A stretch of DNA of 63,606 nucleotides, counting the filler, from Chiloscyllium plagiosum (lineage: Eukaryota), in assembly GCF_004010195.1 (NCBI RefSeq). It is 4 parts of one record of this genome, joined end to end, with 100 filler letters (N's around TTAATTAATTAA, not from the genome) between each part and the next. Parts side by side here need not be neighbours in the genome. Positions count along the whole stretch, not along the records: positions 1 to 30,756 come from NC_057714.1; 3 more parts are not named here. One strand, given 5' to 3'. Position numbers and translations under genes: made by a program. This document shows positions 1 to 12,700 of the stretch, one piece after another. The notes under the pieces are model-generated. The model had not been told where the DNA came from. It saw only the letters and a program-made list of their open reading frames with translations, and searched no databases. Within the stretch, counting starts at the first letter, position 1; each line of letters begins with the position of its first letter.

Positions 1-310
1 TTTTCTCAGTCCCAACCCTTGGACTCAGCACCGCCTTCTTGACCTGCAATCTTCTTCCCGACCTCTCCGCCCTCAACCCCTCTCCAGCCTATCACCCTCA
101 CCTTAACCTCCTTCCACCTATCGCATTCCCAATGCCCCTCCCCCAAGTCCCTCCTCCCTACCTGCTTGGCACACCCTCCTCGTTCCTGAAGAAGGGCTTA
201 TGCCCGAAACGTCGATTCTCCTGCTCCTTTGATGCTGCCTGACCTGCTGCGCTTTTCCAGCAACGCGTTTTTCAGCTCTGATCTCCAGCATCTGCAGCCC
301 TCACTTTCTC
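1..310 (+). mobile_element. Penelope-like element 3' end / pseudo-LTR (family A)
   Basis: C-rich 3' region, then the hammerhead motif and the terminal ...ccagcatctgcag.cctcactttctcc sequence shared with the RT/GIY-YIG-coding copy at 27600-28928. Confidence 0.85.
183..216 (+). ncRNA. Minimal hammerhead ribozyme motif (PLE family A)
   Basis: CTGAAGA (186-192), extra A, GGGC-TTAT-GCCC stem II, GAAA, ACGT palindrome, predicted UC cleavage site at 212-213. Matches the minimal HHRs known from Penelope-like elements. Confidence 0.75.
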
Positions 311-2115
311 CTTTTATCCTTTTCCATCACTATTTTAAATCTAATAGAATTATGGTCGCTGGCCCCAAAGTGCTCCCCCACTGACATCTCAGTCACCTGC
401 CCTGGCTTATTTCCCAAGAATAGGTCAAGTTTTGAATCTTCTCTAGTAGGTACATCCACATACTGAATCAGAAGATTTTCTTGTACACACTTACCAAATT
501 CCTCTCCATTTAAACTTTTAACACTATGGCAGTTCCTGTCTATGTTTGGAAAGTTAAAATCCTCTATGATAACCACTGTATTATTCTTACAGATAACTGA
601 GATCTCCTTACAAATTTGTTTCTGAATTTCCCTCTGACTATTAGGGGGTCTATAATACAATCCCAATAAGGTGATCATCCCTTTCTTATTTCTCAGTTCC
701 ACCCAATAACTTCCCTGGATGTATTTCCAGGAATATCCTTTCTCAGCACAGCTGTAATGCTGTCCCTTATCAAAAATAAGGGACTCCCCCTCCTCTCTTG
801 CCTCCCTTTCTATCCTTCCTGTTGCATTTGTATCCGGGAACATGAAGCTGCCAGTCCTGCCCATCCCTGAGCCATGTTTCTGTGATTGCTATGATATCCC
901 ATGTTCCTAACCATGCCCTGAGTTCATCTGCCTTCCCTGTTAGGCCCCTTGCATTGAAATAAATGCAGTTGAATTTGTTAGTCCTACCTTGTCCCTGCCT
1001 GCTCTGACTGTTTGACTCGCTTCTGTTCTCAACTGTACCAGTCTCAGATTGATCTCTTTCCTCGCTATCTCCCTGGGTCCCACCCCACCACCTTACTAGT
1101 TTAAATCCTCCTGAGCAGCTCTAGCAAATTTCCTTGCCAATATATTAGTCCCCTTCCAATTTAGGTGCAATCTGTCCTTCTTGTACAGGACACTTCTACC
1201 CCAAAAGAGATTCCAATGATCCAAAATTGTGAATTCTTCTCCTACATACCAGCTCCTCAGCCATGCATCCATCTGCTCTATCCTCCTATTCCTACCCTCA
1301 CTAGCTCATAGAACTGGGAGTAATCCAGATATTATTGCTCTCGGGGACTTCCTTTTTAAATTCCTGCCTAACTCTCTGTAATCTCCCTTCAGAATCTCAA
1401 CCTTTTCCCTTCCTATGTCATTGGTTCCAATGTGGACAATGACCTCTTGCTGGCCCCTCTCTTCCCTTTCCTGGAGTTAATCCATCTATGTGACTGTATC
1501 TGAGACTTTCCCCCCTTCCTATAACTGCCATCCATCACATACTGTTGCTGTTGCGAATTACTCATTGCTTCTAACTGTCTCTCCAACTGATCCATTCGAT
1601 CTGATAAGATTCGCAACCAACAGCATTTATGGCAGATATAATCTGCAGTAACCCTTAAACTCTCTTTAAACTCCCACATCTGACAAGAAGTACATATCAC
1701 TCTACTCAAGGCCATTTTTGCTCCTTCAGAATCTACAGACCCAGAAATTAACACCGTCTTATTCCTCTACAAACACTTCCCTAGGTTAAATTAATAGTTA
1801 TGGCTTATATTTTAAGTTAATCAAGAGACATATCTCCAAAAACATACAATCAAGAAAGAACCCACTTGACTCTGTACTGCAGACTTTCGGTAGGCCACAC
1901 TTAAAACAACAAATAACTTATCTGATTCCGTGGTGTGAACTTCGCCCAACAGTTCCTCCAAGATCAGTTGTGAATTTCACTGTTTGTTAATTTTCCCAGA
2001 TGCACTCCGATGTCCAGTGATACATGAATTCAAACAGCAAAGACAGTGTCAGTTTCTTTCTCTCTCTCCTGCACTGACCTCACCATGTGCTTCCTTTGTC
2101 TGTTCTTCTCCCTTT
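311..2115 (-). mobile_element. CR1-clade LINE 5' part (5'UTR, internally deleted ORF1, APE endonuclease of ORF2)
   Basis: ORF1 ATG at 1715 (MALSRVICTSCQMWE...YICHKC Zn finger, coiled coil), esterase remnant VIVHIGTND, ORF1 stop at 1096-1098. Endonuclease motifs YYRPPNS, DFNFPNID and SDHN in ORF 301-864. Confidence 0.9.
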
Positions 2116-2788
2116 TAATCAGTTTCATTTATTAGGATTAACTAGTGATCTGCATACATAAATGGAACAAGTTGTTTGAATTTAAAACTGCTCACTGTTT
2201 TGAAATATGGAGATAACTTGAAACACATTCCTCTGATTTATACAGAAGAATCCTGATTTAGACATCTTTCCAATGGGCATAAGTTAGAATTCAGTTCCAG
2301 AAAGAGCCATGACACAATATTTTATTACTCTGGCAACAATTCGAATTAAATTCACCAGGGAATTATTTGTTCTGGGCACATATATATGGCTTGCATTTAT
2401 TGACTTTCTTAAGTTATAGAATCATAGCAGTGTGGAAGCAGGCCACTCAGCCCACAGCACCCCACCAAAGATACTCACCCATTTAAATCCAAATCTATTA
2501 TTAAAATTTACATCCCACAACCATGATGGCTTGGTGGTTGGCACTGCTGCCTCACAGCGCCAGGGACCCGAGTTCAATTCCAGCCTCGGGTGACAGACTG
2601 TGTGGAGCTTGCTCTGGTTTCTACCTACAGTCCAACAATGTGCAGGTTAAGTGAATTGGCCATGGTAAATTGACCATAGTGTAGGTTATTAGTTAGGGGT
2701 AAATATATGGTAGGGGAATGGGGCTGGGTGAGTTACTCTTCAGAGGGTCAGTGTGTACTTGTTGAGCTGAAGGGCCTGTTTCCACAAT

Positions 2789-2997
2789 CCTGAGATGCCG
2801 GTGTTGGACTGGGGTGTACAAAGTTAAAAATCACACAACACCAGGTTATAGTCCAACAGGTTTAATTGGAAGCACACTAGCTTTCGGAGCGACGCTCCTT
2901 CATCACAATCACCTGATGAAGGAGCGTCGCTCCGAAAGCTAGTGTGCTTCCAATTAAACCTTTTGGACTATAATCTGGTGTTGTGTGATTTTTAACT
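2789..2997. mobile_element. Palindromic PLE-derived element (family B) with 13-bp TSD
   Basis: 84-bp arms 2822-2905 and 2914-2997 (2 mismatches, 8-nt loop). TSD ctgtttccacaat at 2776-2788 and 2998-3010. Same sequence as the terminus of the GIY-YIG-bearing copy at 22866. Confidence 0.9.
2910..2944 (+). ncRNA. Minimal hammerhead ribozyme motif (PLE family B)
   Basis: cac-CTGATGA (2913-2919)-A-GGAGC-gtc-GCTCC-GAAA-GC-TA-gtg: 5-bp stem II, AGCT palindrome, UA site and a 3-bp stem I (cac/gtg). Confidence 0.75.
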
Positions 2998-3031
2998 CTG
3001 TTTCCACAATGTAGGGATTCTAATTCTTTGT

Positions 3032-3324
3032 GGGGCGGCATGGTGGCTCAGTGGTTAGCACTGCAGCCTCACAGCAACAGGGACCTGGGTTCGATTCCTG
3101 CTTCGGGTGGCTGTCTGTGTGGAGTTTGCACATTCTCCCATGTCTGCGTGGGTTTCCTCCCACAATCCATTATGTGCAAGTTAGGTGAATTGGCCATGCT
3201 AAATTGCTCATATTATTAGGTGCATTAGTCAGAGGTAAATATAGGATGGGTTACTCTTCGGTGGGGGGTCAGTGTGGACTTGTTGGGCCAAAGGGCCTGT
3301 TTCCATACTGTAGGGAATCTAATC
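3032..3324 (+). mobile_element. HE1-type SINE
   Basis: Box A tggctcagtgg, box B ggttcgattcc, CR1-like tail gggccaaagggcctgtttcc...aatctaatc. Confidence 0.9.
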
Positions 3325-3339
3325 AAAAAAAAACCCACA

Positions 3340-3420
3340 GTAATAGGATTTGAACTCAACCTGGAGCATTAGCCGAGTCTTTGAATTAGTAGCCCAGTAT
3401 AATTACCATTGTGCTACCAT
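3340..3420 (-). mobile_element. Degraded tRNA-SINE head (second SINE family)
   Basis: Minus strand reads ggtagcacaatggt...gagttcaaatcc (box A/B-like). Similar relic near 15450-15505. Confidence 0.4.
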
Positions 3421-3657
3421 TCATGTATGCCCAAACGTGGGAATTGGAAGAGTACATTGCCACAGTAGAAAGGCTCTTGGAAACTTTACAACTGAGTCAC
3501 TTTGTTTAGGTAATGTGCAGGAAGCTTTACTGCATATTCCTCATGTCTCACAGGCTTGAAAGGCCGTAAAGCAGTACTAGATCCCGTGAAGTAAAAAGAA
3601 ATTGCCTAAGTTTCGTCACTTTGAAGGATTCAATTTTTAAATCTATGCCGTATGTTA

Positions 3658-3823
3658 AAACCAAAATATTGCTGAAGCTGAAAATCTGAAATAAAACAAA
3701 ATGTGCTGAAAATGCTTTCTATTTTCTTTCAATTCTAAAGCAGATTCATGTAGGACTCTGTTTCTAGCTAGAGAGATGCTCTTAGAGCTGCTAAGCCTTT
3801 CCATTAGTTTTTGTTTTCATTTC
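3658..3823. mobile_element. Old degraded fold-back element related to PLE family C
   Basis: gctgaaaatctgaaataaaacaaaatgtgctg ... gatgct...gctgctaagcctttcca...ttttgttttcatttc resembles the arms of 4290-4463. Confidence 0.45.
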
Positions 3824-4289
3824 GAAATGGTTCTGTATAAGGAGTTATTGTGCATAATTTTCTACTTTATGTGGGAAGGAAATTGTATAACAGGGGACTT
3901 CCATCACAGATTACATTACAGAAGAGTGTTAAGGATTTTCTGCATATAATACTATAGTGTAGATTCACTTCTTTTTCAATTTTAAATTTAAAATATATTT
4001 TCTTTGAAATTTCAACTTTATTTTGAAATGAGGTAAAAACAGGTGGAACTTTGAAACAAAAGCAGAAAATTATGAGAAAGAAAATCAGCAAACTTGGCAG
4101 TAGTTATGGTAAGGAGGCAGATAGGTGTAATAATAAAGGTGACTTTGATGAATAAGGGTGATTCTGATGAAAGATGGACTCTCCCTCTCCACTTAGTGTC
4201 CGCCATTCTATCTGTTTCTATTTTTATTACAGTTAGTAATTAAATTTGCATTGAATAGAGTAGGCTTTGGTGCAGGATTAGAATACATT

Positions 4290-4463
4290 GAAACAAAAGC
4301 AAAAATTGCTGGAAAAGCTCAGCAGGTCTGGCAGCATCTCTGGAGAGAAATCAGTTCTGAAGAAATGAAGAAGGATCACTGGACCCGAAAAGTTATCTCT
4401 GGTTTCTCTCCACAGATGCTGCCAGACTTGCTGAGCTTTTCCAGCAACTTCTGCTTTTGTTTC
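4290..4463. mobile_element. Palindromic PLE-derived element (family C) with decayed hammerhead
   Basis: Inverted arms gaaacaaaagca...gagagaaa / tttctctcc...ttttgtttc around tgaagaaggatcactggacccgaaaagtta. Confidence 0.75.
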
Positions 4464-5344
4464 TAATTTCAGCTTTTATTTCAAATACTTTGAATTATGT
4501 CATAATTGTACTGACAGATCAAGAGTTGTCAGATACACAGGGGAAATGTGAGGATGCTGCTTACATATTTGTAGGTAAGTTCATGTAGATATGTAGATGA
4601 GATGTTGCATGTTGTTCTCTATGTGTCTAAAGCCTCCATTGGCAGCTATTGAGAGTACCTATTACCAACACCAGGCCACAGCTGTCTGACCTTTATCTTT
4701 TACTTGTGGCTCACAGTTTCATTTTCATTCTGACTCCATAAAAATAGCACAACTATTAATCACATGGTATCTTGACCACATATGTTACCAATTCAATGAA
4801 GAAGTAGAGCTATAATTTAGTTCTAAAGCTCAGCTGATTGAACCCTGAGAATTAGTGCTTGTTAAAAATTAAAAACAGTAAATTGAGTCCATTTTCCTTG
4901 GCTTTGGTCATACATGCGATCTGAATTATTTAGAAGATTTTTAAGTGAAGACACCACATTGTCCAATACCAACAGCAGTTAATGCTGAGATGTCCCCTGC
5001 TGTGGCACATTGGGACTTATTGGAAGTCCTGACGCGTCGTCCTGGTACAACAATTGCCCAGGAAGTATAAACTTCTGATGGGCAGATTTGCTATGGGATT
5101 CTATGAAAATGCCTCAAAGTCTTGGTCTGTTGCATGATACTTACCTGACACACATTAGTGTAACCATACCTGACAATCCCCACACATATCCAAGTCAATT
5201 ACCCACCCAACACATCCATTCACTCTCTCACTCTTTCACCTAAAACACTTAAAAATTTTAAAATCTTACCTGAACATGACAACTGATTAGTAAAAAGGGG
5301 GAATATCTTCTCTACTATTCCACTTCCCCTTGGCTTCACTGAAG

Positions 5345-6185
5345 CTCATAGATTCATAAAATTTGCAAAACAGAAGGAAGCTATTGGACTCATTTAAGTA
5401 ATATCAAACTACTGCTTAAATGATTCAAATGTTTTGACTCAACCACCTCTCAGATAATGTGTTCCAGACTCCCATCACCCTCTGAGTTAAAGAGTTCTGT
5501 TCAACTCCCCTATTTGTTTTCTCCCTCTTACATTAATGTATGCTCCCTGCTTACTGACCCCTCTACTAATGGAGAAAGTATCTCTGTAACCATCTTATCT
5601 ATGGCCCTGATAATCTTATAAACCTCTATCAGGACCCTCTCGACCTTTCCTGCTCCAAGGAATACAATCCTAGTCTATCCAAACATTCATCATAGCTCAG
5701 ATCATAACTCAGCAATGTCCTGGGGAATCTCCTCTGAGTCCTCATCAGTGTAAGCACATTTTTCCAATAATGTAAACAGAACTATAGGCAGCACTCCAGT
5801 TGTGCCCTAACCAGAACTTTGTACAATTCCAGCATAATGTCCCTGCTATTGCATTCTATGTCTTGGTTACTAAACACAAGTCTTCTATATTTTTATTAAC
5901 CAGCATACCTCACCGCATTGCTACCTCAAGGATCAGTGCATATGTACACTAAGGTCCCTCTGATCTTTAGTGCTCTCCAGGGTTTCACCATTTATGATGT
6001 AATCCCTTGTCTTGTTAACCTAATCTAAACAAATTACCTTACACTTTTCTGGTTTGAATTCCACTTGCCACTGTTCTACACACCTGACTTGGCATTAATA
6101 CCAACCTGCAGTTTATGGCTACCCTTCTTACTATTTACCATCTTACCAATTTTTGCATCATCTATGAACTTCTTGATCACATCCC
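5345..6185 (-). mobile_element. Old CR1 LINE 3' fragment
   Basis: Decayed matches to the CR1 RT C-terminus and 3'UTR (aacctctatcaggaccc, cagaactata...ctccagttgtg, catcatctatgaactt). Confidence 0.75.
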
Positions 6186-8514
6186 TATAGGAGAAGCATT
6201 GTTGATGCAACTGGGATTTGAAGACTCAGCTGCAAGGACAGAAAAAGGTTGTAATTGCCTTCACAAACAGCATTGATGCTGATCAGAATATCTGGGTCAT
6301 TTGTGCTACATTAAAATTTAACGCATGTAGTTGGTACGCTCTTATTTACTTTGAAGGTAGTTTCTGCAAGCTATTCAATATAAATCAAATGAAGTGCATT
6401 TATATCGAGTAGTAAGCACAGAGTAATGAATTTAATCAGGTAGTTCATCAAGAGGATGAGTACATCTAATTTTAGCTCTGTTCTTTTCCCTTCACTGCTT
6501 TATGTCTGTGATAAGAGCTGATCGCTATTTTAGTATAGTAATTAACCCATATATTTTAAACAATGTAATGACTGGCCTAAAATTGCGCAGACAGAAATTC
6601 ATGTGATTACACTTTGGCACATAGGACTAAAAATAGCATAGAGGAAAATATTCCCTTATATTCACAAACCACAAAATCAGAGATTCTCTAACCTTTTTTT
6701 TTCAAAATAATGCTTTTTCTCAATAATCAGAGACAACTGGCAATTTTCTGATTAAATATGCATTCTTTGTGCTTTAAATCTTTATTTCAGCTGTAAGAAC
6801 TGAACTTGTTGTTAAACTGAAGTAAAATAGCTCAGTCTGAGTTGATACAAAGTTGTTATTAGGCCTGAGCTCTGTTTAATAGCTGGAAAAGATTAAATCC
6901 CAGAAGCAAGCTCAGTAATTTAGTTAAAAATGTCAGACTACAATTTAAATCTGGCAACAAAAATTAAAGAGTCAAGTGTGTTGCTTGCCCTTCAGTTTGT
7001 TCACACCATAGCTAGCGGTCTAGCACTGACCATGCACCAGTTTCTGAATTGATTGGTGAGTGAGCAGATTAATATTTGAACTCTGTCAAAAATAATTTAA
7101 TTCCAAAACATTCCACTTTGTCTCTGTGCTAAAGTTTTCTGACTGAACAAAGGATAATGAATTAATCGGAATTACTGTAAGAAGTTTACCAAATGTTTCT
7201 GATACAGGAACATTATCTAAATTCTAAAATGTTCTATCTTCCTTGCAGCAATGTCATTTCTGAGAATTAGTTTGGCTTCAGAGTCACGAGCAATTACATG
7301 AACAGAAACAACCAAGTAAAGGGAACTGATACAGTCAATCATTGTAATGAAAAAAGTAAGCAATCAATAAGAAACAGGTTGTGGATCAAGTCACTGACAC
7401 AGCTACAACCATAACCAGAGCACCACAGGATATCCCATTTCCATATATTTCTACTGCTCAGACAAGAAGGTACCTAAGTTCAATATTTAGCTGGTAACAA
7501 TCAATATTCCGGATTCTTCTTAAAGGTGTATACTCGGATAGTTCTAAAGTTTGTCAACTTTCAGAAAAATGTTTCTTAATGTTAGAGTGCCATCTTGTGA
7601 TGATTTAGCGCTATGTTTTCAGAAAAACCATTTAAGCCTAATTTTCTAAACTGCAAAAAGAGGTTGAATTTACCCAATTTGTAACTGTTCCAATCTCTGT
7701 AGTTCAAGGGTATGCTGAGTCATCTGACATAATCCCCACTTCCTTATTTAATTAGTGTGTGAAAAACTTGTTCAGAGAGCTTGTCTCATGTTCAAGTGTT
7801 TAAGGAAACAAAATCACAGCAAGCGAATATTTGGAGTTCACCAGCCAAGAGGAAGTTATGGTAAAAATAGATAATTAATTATTTCCAACTGTACAACAGA
7901 AGTAACACAGCTACATTTGATACTGAATGTATCTGGGCTAATGGTTGAATTCAATTCATGCTGTCTATAAATAAATGCAATTTTTTCATTGATTCGTAAA
8001 TAGATTCACAGTGAATATGACTCAATAATGGAAATATTCCCATGTTCTGTTAACCCAAGGATTCAAACCAATAGGTTGTTTGGATACATGTTCAGAAAGT
8101 CAAAATGATTGCCAATTTAATTTAGTGGAGCAAGTTTCAAAAAATCAAATACAACAGAGAGAATTTACATCTACTTTATTTTTGACACAAAGTAAATTTG
8201 AAACTTAACATTTATATCCCACATTACTTTTGGGCAGACACATGATTCACCAGCACAGAATCTCATCCCTGTACTTTAAACCCTCCAAACTGAGTTGCTG
8301 AAAAATATATGCAGGTAAAGTTTGTTTGGTCAACATGAAATACACACTTACTCCCTGTGAGGTGAATCCCATCTACCCAAGTTCAAAATAAGCCAAGATG
8401 ACAGACTCAAGGCTTCAAGAAGTCCTGTTGTGAACAGAGATATTGAAGGAGTGAAATCACAGCCTTATTTATCAACACATTGACTTGTAAGTTACGTAAA
8501 GATCTATAGTCATC

Positions 8515-8625
8515 ATTGGTGCTCTTATGGTAAAGTTCCTACCACTGAGCCAGAGGTTCTGAGTTCAAGTCCATCTGCTCAAGAGGTATGTCACAACATA
8601 TCTGAACAGGTAGATTAAAATACCT
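8515..8625 (+). mobile_element. Short tRNA-headed SINE-like repeat
   Basis: gagttcaagtcc box B followed by ...tctgaacaggtagatta. Homologous to the copies at 58549-58945. Confidence 0.5.
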
Positions 8626-9759
8626 AAATAGTCACCATCAATCAGATCCAACACACCTTATTTTATGGCTGAATCAGATTGGCTGGTTTATTGTCAAAGG
8701 ATTTCTAGGATATTGCAGTCCAGTATGGCCAATGATATATTGAATTCCCGAATGTTCATCAAAAAGGTTGCTGTCATTTTAAAGCTAATGTTCGTTCCAA
8801 AAAAATTTTCAATTATTCTAAGAAAAATAGTCGCTAGTTTGTCATAAAATATTTATGAAGTTATAGGTGGGCGGTGTTGTTATAGATTGGAGCAAACTAC
8901 ATTTTGGTCCACCTGGTAGAGATTTCAAGAGATGAATAAACAATAATATGTTTATTGTATTTATGCCAACTATGTACAGGTTACAAAGGTACTTCTATCA
9001 GTGTTGATGGCCACACAAAAAGACTTCCATGTGTCTATAGTAACTGTGTCAGTGATTATCATTCACATATTCTTTTACACATTCATCTTTGTATAGTTAC
9101 ATCTACAGACTACCTCATTTCCCATTCAAAGTCTCCGGCTTCATAGACTTGTTTAGTTTGGAGGCTTTCTAATTCTCCGAAGAACATGTTTTCCCCATAT
9201 TTATAGTCTGTCTTGTACTCTCTTGTACTACCTGGTTCTTCACTTGGATAGGCTTCCTGAAGGTTTGAGGTTTCCTGTCCCTATCAAATTTCAAATTTAA
9301 CATCTGCTTCATTCCGATTTGTAACTGATGAGTATCTCTAATTGACTGGAATAACATACAAACTGCTTCATCTCATTGTATCTTCTGTTGTACAAATTAC
9401 TGGATCTTTATTGACTTCTGTCATCCTGAACAACCAACACTTCTCCGCCTTGATTGTGTACCCATACCTTTTAAACTCCCCATAACTTTGGCAAATTCTT
9501 AGTATAATATCTTTGATTGTAATTCTTAGTTTGTAGCTTTCTGAATTCTTTGTCTTGGATTCCCTGATAATCTTTGAGTTGTGATATTGAAAATAATTGT
9601 TTTGTATTATAGGAAGGTGAATTTTTTAATTTTATTGTCATCAATAATTCAGAAGATGCTAATTTACATTATGGTAGATCAGTAGTTCAATAGTGTTGTT
9701 TGGAAATCTTTTTCGAAAGTAACTTGCTATTTCTGATTCTTCATTCACCTTCTCTATCA

Positions 9760-12700
9760 TAAAACACAGAACAATACAATGCAGAACAGGCCATTCAGCT
9801 CTCGACGTTGCGCCAACAATTAACTAATCTAAGCTCATCCCCGGACACTATCCCATCATTATCCATGTGCTTATCCAAGGATTGTTTAAATCCCTGCAAT
9901 GTAGCTGAGGTAACTACATTGGGAAGCAGGGGATTCCACGCCCTTACCACTCTCTGAGTAAAGAATCTGCCTCTGACATCTGAATTAAATCTATCACCCC
10001 CTCAATTTGTAGCTATGCCCCCTCGTACAAGCTGACATCATCATCCTAGGAAAAAGACTTTCACTAGGCAAAAGTGAGGACCACAGATGCTGGAAACCAG
10101 TATTTAGATCAGAGTGGCACTGGAAAAGCACAGTAAGTCAGGCAGCATCCGAGGAGTAGGAAAATCGACGTTTCGGGCAAAAGCTCTTCATTAGGAAGAG
10201 TGACAAGAATCTCAGTGACTCTTTGCTACCTTCTCCCCAGTTACACCCCCCCACACCCCCCGCCATTTATCTCTCCACCCTGGAGGCTTCCTGCCTCTAT
10301 TCTTGATGAAGGGATTTTGCCCGAAACATCGATTTTCCTGCTCCTTGGATGCTGCCTGACCTGCTGTGCTTTTTCAGCACCACTCTGATCTAAAAGACAT
10401 TCACTGTCTACCCAATCTAATTCTCAGATCATCTTGTATGTCTCTATCAAATCCCCTCTTTGCCTTCTTTTTCCAATGAGAACAGACCCAAGTCTCTCAG
10501 CCTTTCCTCATAAGACCTTCCCTCAAGACCAGGCAACATCCTGGTAAATCTCCTCTGCACCTTTTCCAATGTTTCCACATCCTTCCTGTAATGGGGTGAC
10601 CAGAACTGTGCACAATATTCCAAGTGTGGCTCCACTAGCGTTTTGTATGTTTGTATATTTGTATATTACGGCTCCAGAACTCAATCTCTCTACCAATAAA
10701 ACCGATGCATTCTTAATAGCTGTGTGACAACTTTCAAGAATCTATGTACATGGACTCCAAAATCCTTCTGCACATCCACACTACCAAGAAACTTTCCATT
10801 GACCCAGTATTCTGCCTTCCTGTTACTCTTCCCAAAGTGAATCACCTTCACATTTACTGTATCTGGATTGAACTCCATTTGCCACCTCTCAGCCCAATTC
10901 TGCAGTTTATCCAAGTCCCCCTGCAACATGCAACATTCTTCCACACTGTCCACTACTCCACAAACTTTAGTGTCATCTGCAAATTTACTAATCCATCCAC
11001 TTATGCCTGTGTCCAAGTCATTTATAAAAATGACAAACAACAGTGGTCCCAAAACAGATCCTTTTGGCACATCACTAGTAACTGGACTCCAGGCTGAATA
11101 TGTTCCATCAATCACCACTTGCTGCCTTCTTACAGAAAGCCAGTTTCTAATCCAAACTGCTAAATCACCCTCAATTCCATACCTCTGCATTTTCTCCAAC
11201 AGCCTACCATGTGGAACCTTATCAAAGGCTTTGCTAAAGTCCATGTACACCACGTCAACTGCCCTACCCTCATCCACATGCTTGGTCACCTTCTCAAAAA
11301 ACTCAGTGAGGCTTGCGAGATATGACCTGCGCTTGATGAAACCATGTTGACAATCTGCAATCAAATTGTTACTTGCTAGATGATTATAATCCTATCTCTT
11401 ATAATCCTTTCCAAAACTTTTCCTACAACAGACGTAAGGCTCACTGGTCTATAATTACCTGGGTTACCTCTACTGCCTTTCTTGAATAAGGGCACAACAT
11501 TTGCAATCCTTCAGTCCTGTGGTACTAAACCTGTAGCTAATGACAACTCAAAGATCAAAGCCAAAGGCTCCAATACCTTATCCCTACCTTCCCAGAGAAT
11601 CCTCGGATAAATCCCATCCAGTGCAGGGGACTTGTCTACTTTCACTCCTTCTAGAATTGATAACACCGCTTCATTACTAACCTTGATCCTTTCTAGTCTA
11701 ATATCTTGTATCTCATTATTATCTTCTACAATATTCCCTCTACAATATTCTCCTTTTCCTGAGTGAAAACCAATGAAAAATATTCGTTTAGCACCTCTCA
11801 GATTTCCATAGGGTCCACACACAACTTCCCACTTCTGTCTTTGACTGGCCCTATTCCTACCCTTGTCATTCTTTTATTCCTCACATACCCATAGAAAGCT
11901 TTAGGGTTCTGCTTTATTCTCCCTGCTAAGGACTGCTTATGTCCTCTCTTTTCTCTTCTTAACTCTCTCTTTAAATCCTTCCTAGCTAATCTGTAACTCT
12001 CCATTGCCTCATCTGACCCATCTCCTCTCATCGTCGCATAAGCCTCCTTCTTCCGCTTAACAAGAGATGTAATTTCTGTAGAAAACCATGGTTCCCTTAC
12101 CTTATCACTTCCTCCCTACCTGACAGGGACATACCTATCAAGGACACGCAATATCACACACCTTAAGCCAGCTCCACATTTCGATTGTCCCCATCCCCTG
12201 CGTTTTGCAACTCCATTTTATACATCCTAAGTCATGCCAAATCGCATTATAATTGCCCAACCCCTCCCAATCGATAACTCTCGCCCTATGGCATATGACT
12301 ATCCCTTTCTATCGCTAAACCAAATGTAACTGAATTATGGTCAGTCTCTCCAAAGTGCTCACCTACCACTAAATCAAACACCTGGCCTGATTCATTACCA
12401 AGCACCAGATCCGGTGTGGCCTCGCCTCTTGTTGGCCCTTCGCCATACTGTGTCAGGAAACTCTCCTACACACATTGGACAAAAACTGATCCACCGATAT
12501 ACTAGACTTATAGCATTTCCAGCCAATGTTGGGGAAGTTAAAGATCCCATAATGACCATCCTGTTCCTTTCACTCCTACCCAGAATTGTTTTGGTAATTG
12601 TCTCCACCACATCCCTGGAACTCTGTGGAGGACTATAAAAAAACTCCCAGCAGTGTGACCTCTCCTCTCCTGTTTCTAACCTCAGCCCATACTACCTCAG

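Larger units (their letters stand above)
2528..3027 (+). mobile_element. HE1-type tRNA-derived SINE, interrupted by a PLE hairpin element
   Basis: tRNA-like head (gagttcaattcc box B) and aattggccatg.taaattg core. The gggcctgtttccaca...gtagggattctaattct tail is split at 2788/3011. Confidence 0.85.

Noticed and set aside
3032..3110. tRNA genes
   Set aside because: The box A/B heads continue into the HE1 SINE body and tail. They are SINE heads, not tRNAs.
5137..5147. ATACTTACCTG matching the U1 snRNA 5' end
   Set aside because: Only 11 nt match with no U1 body. It equals a minus-strand donor consensus with no convincing exon upstream.
7230..7360. Strong plus-strand acceptor ttccttgcag as a coding exon start
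   Set aside because: All three frames reach a stop before a plausible donor.
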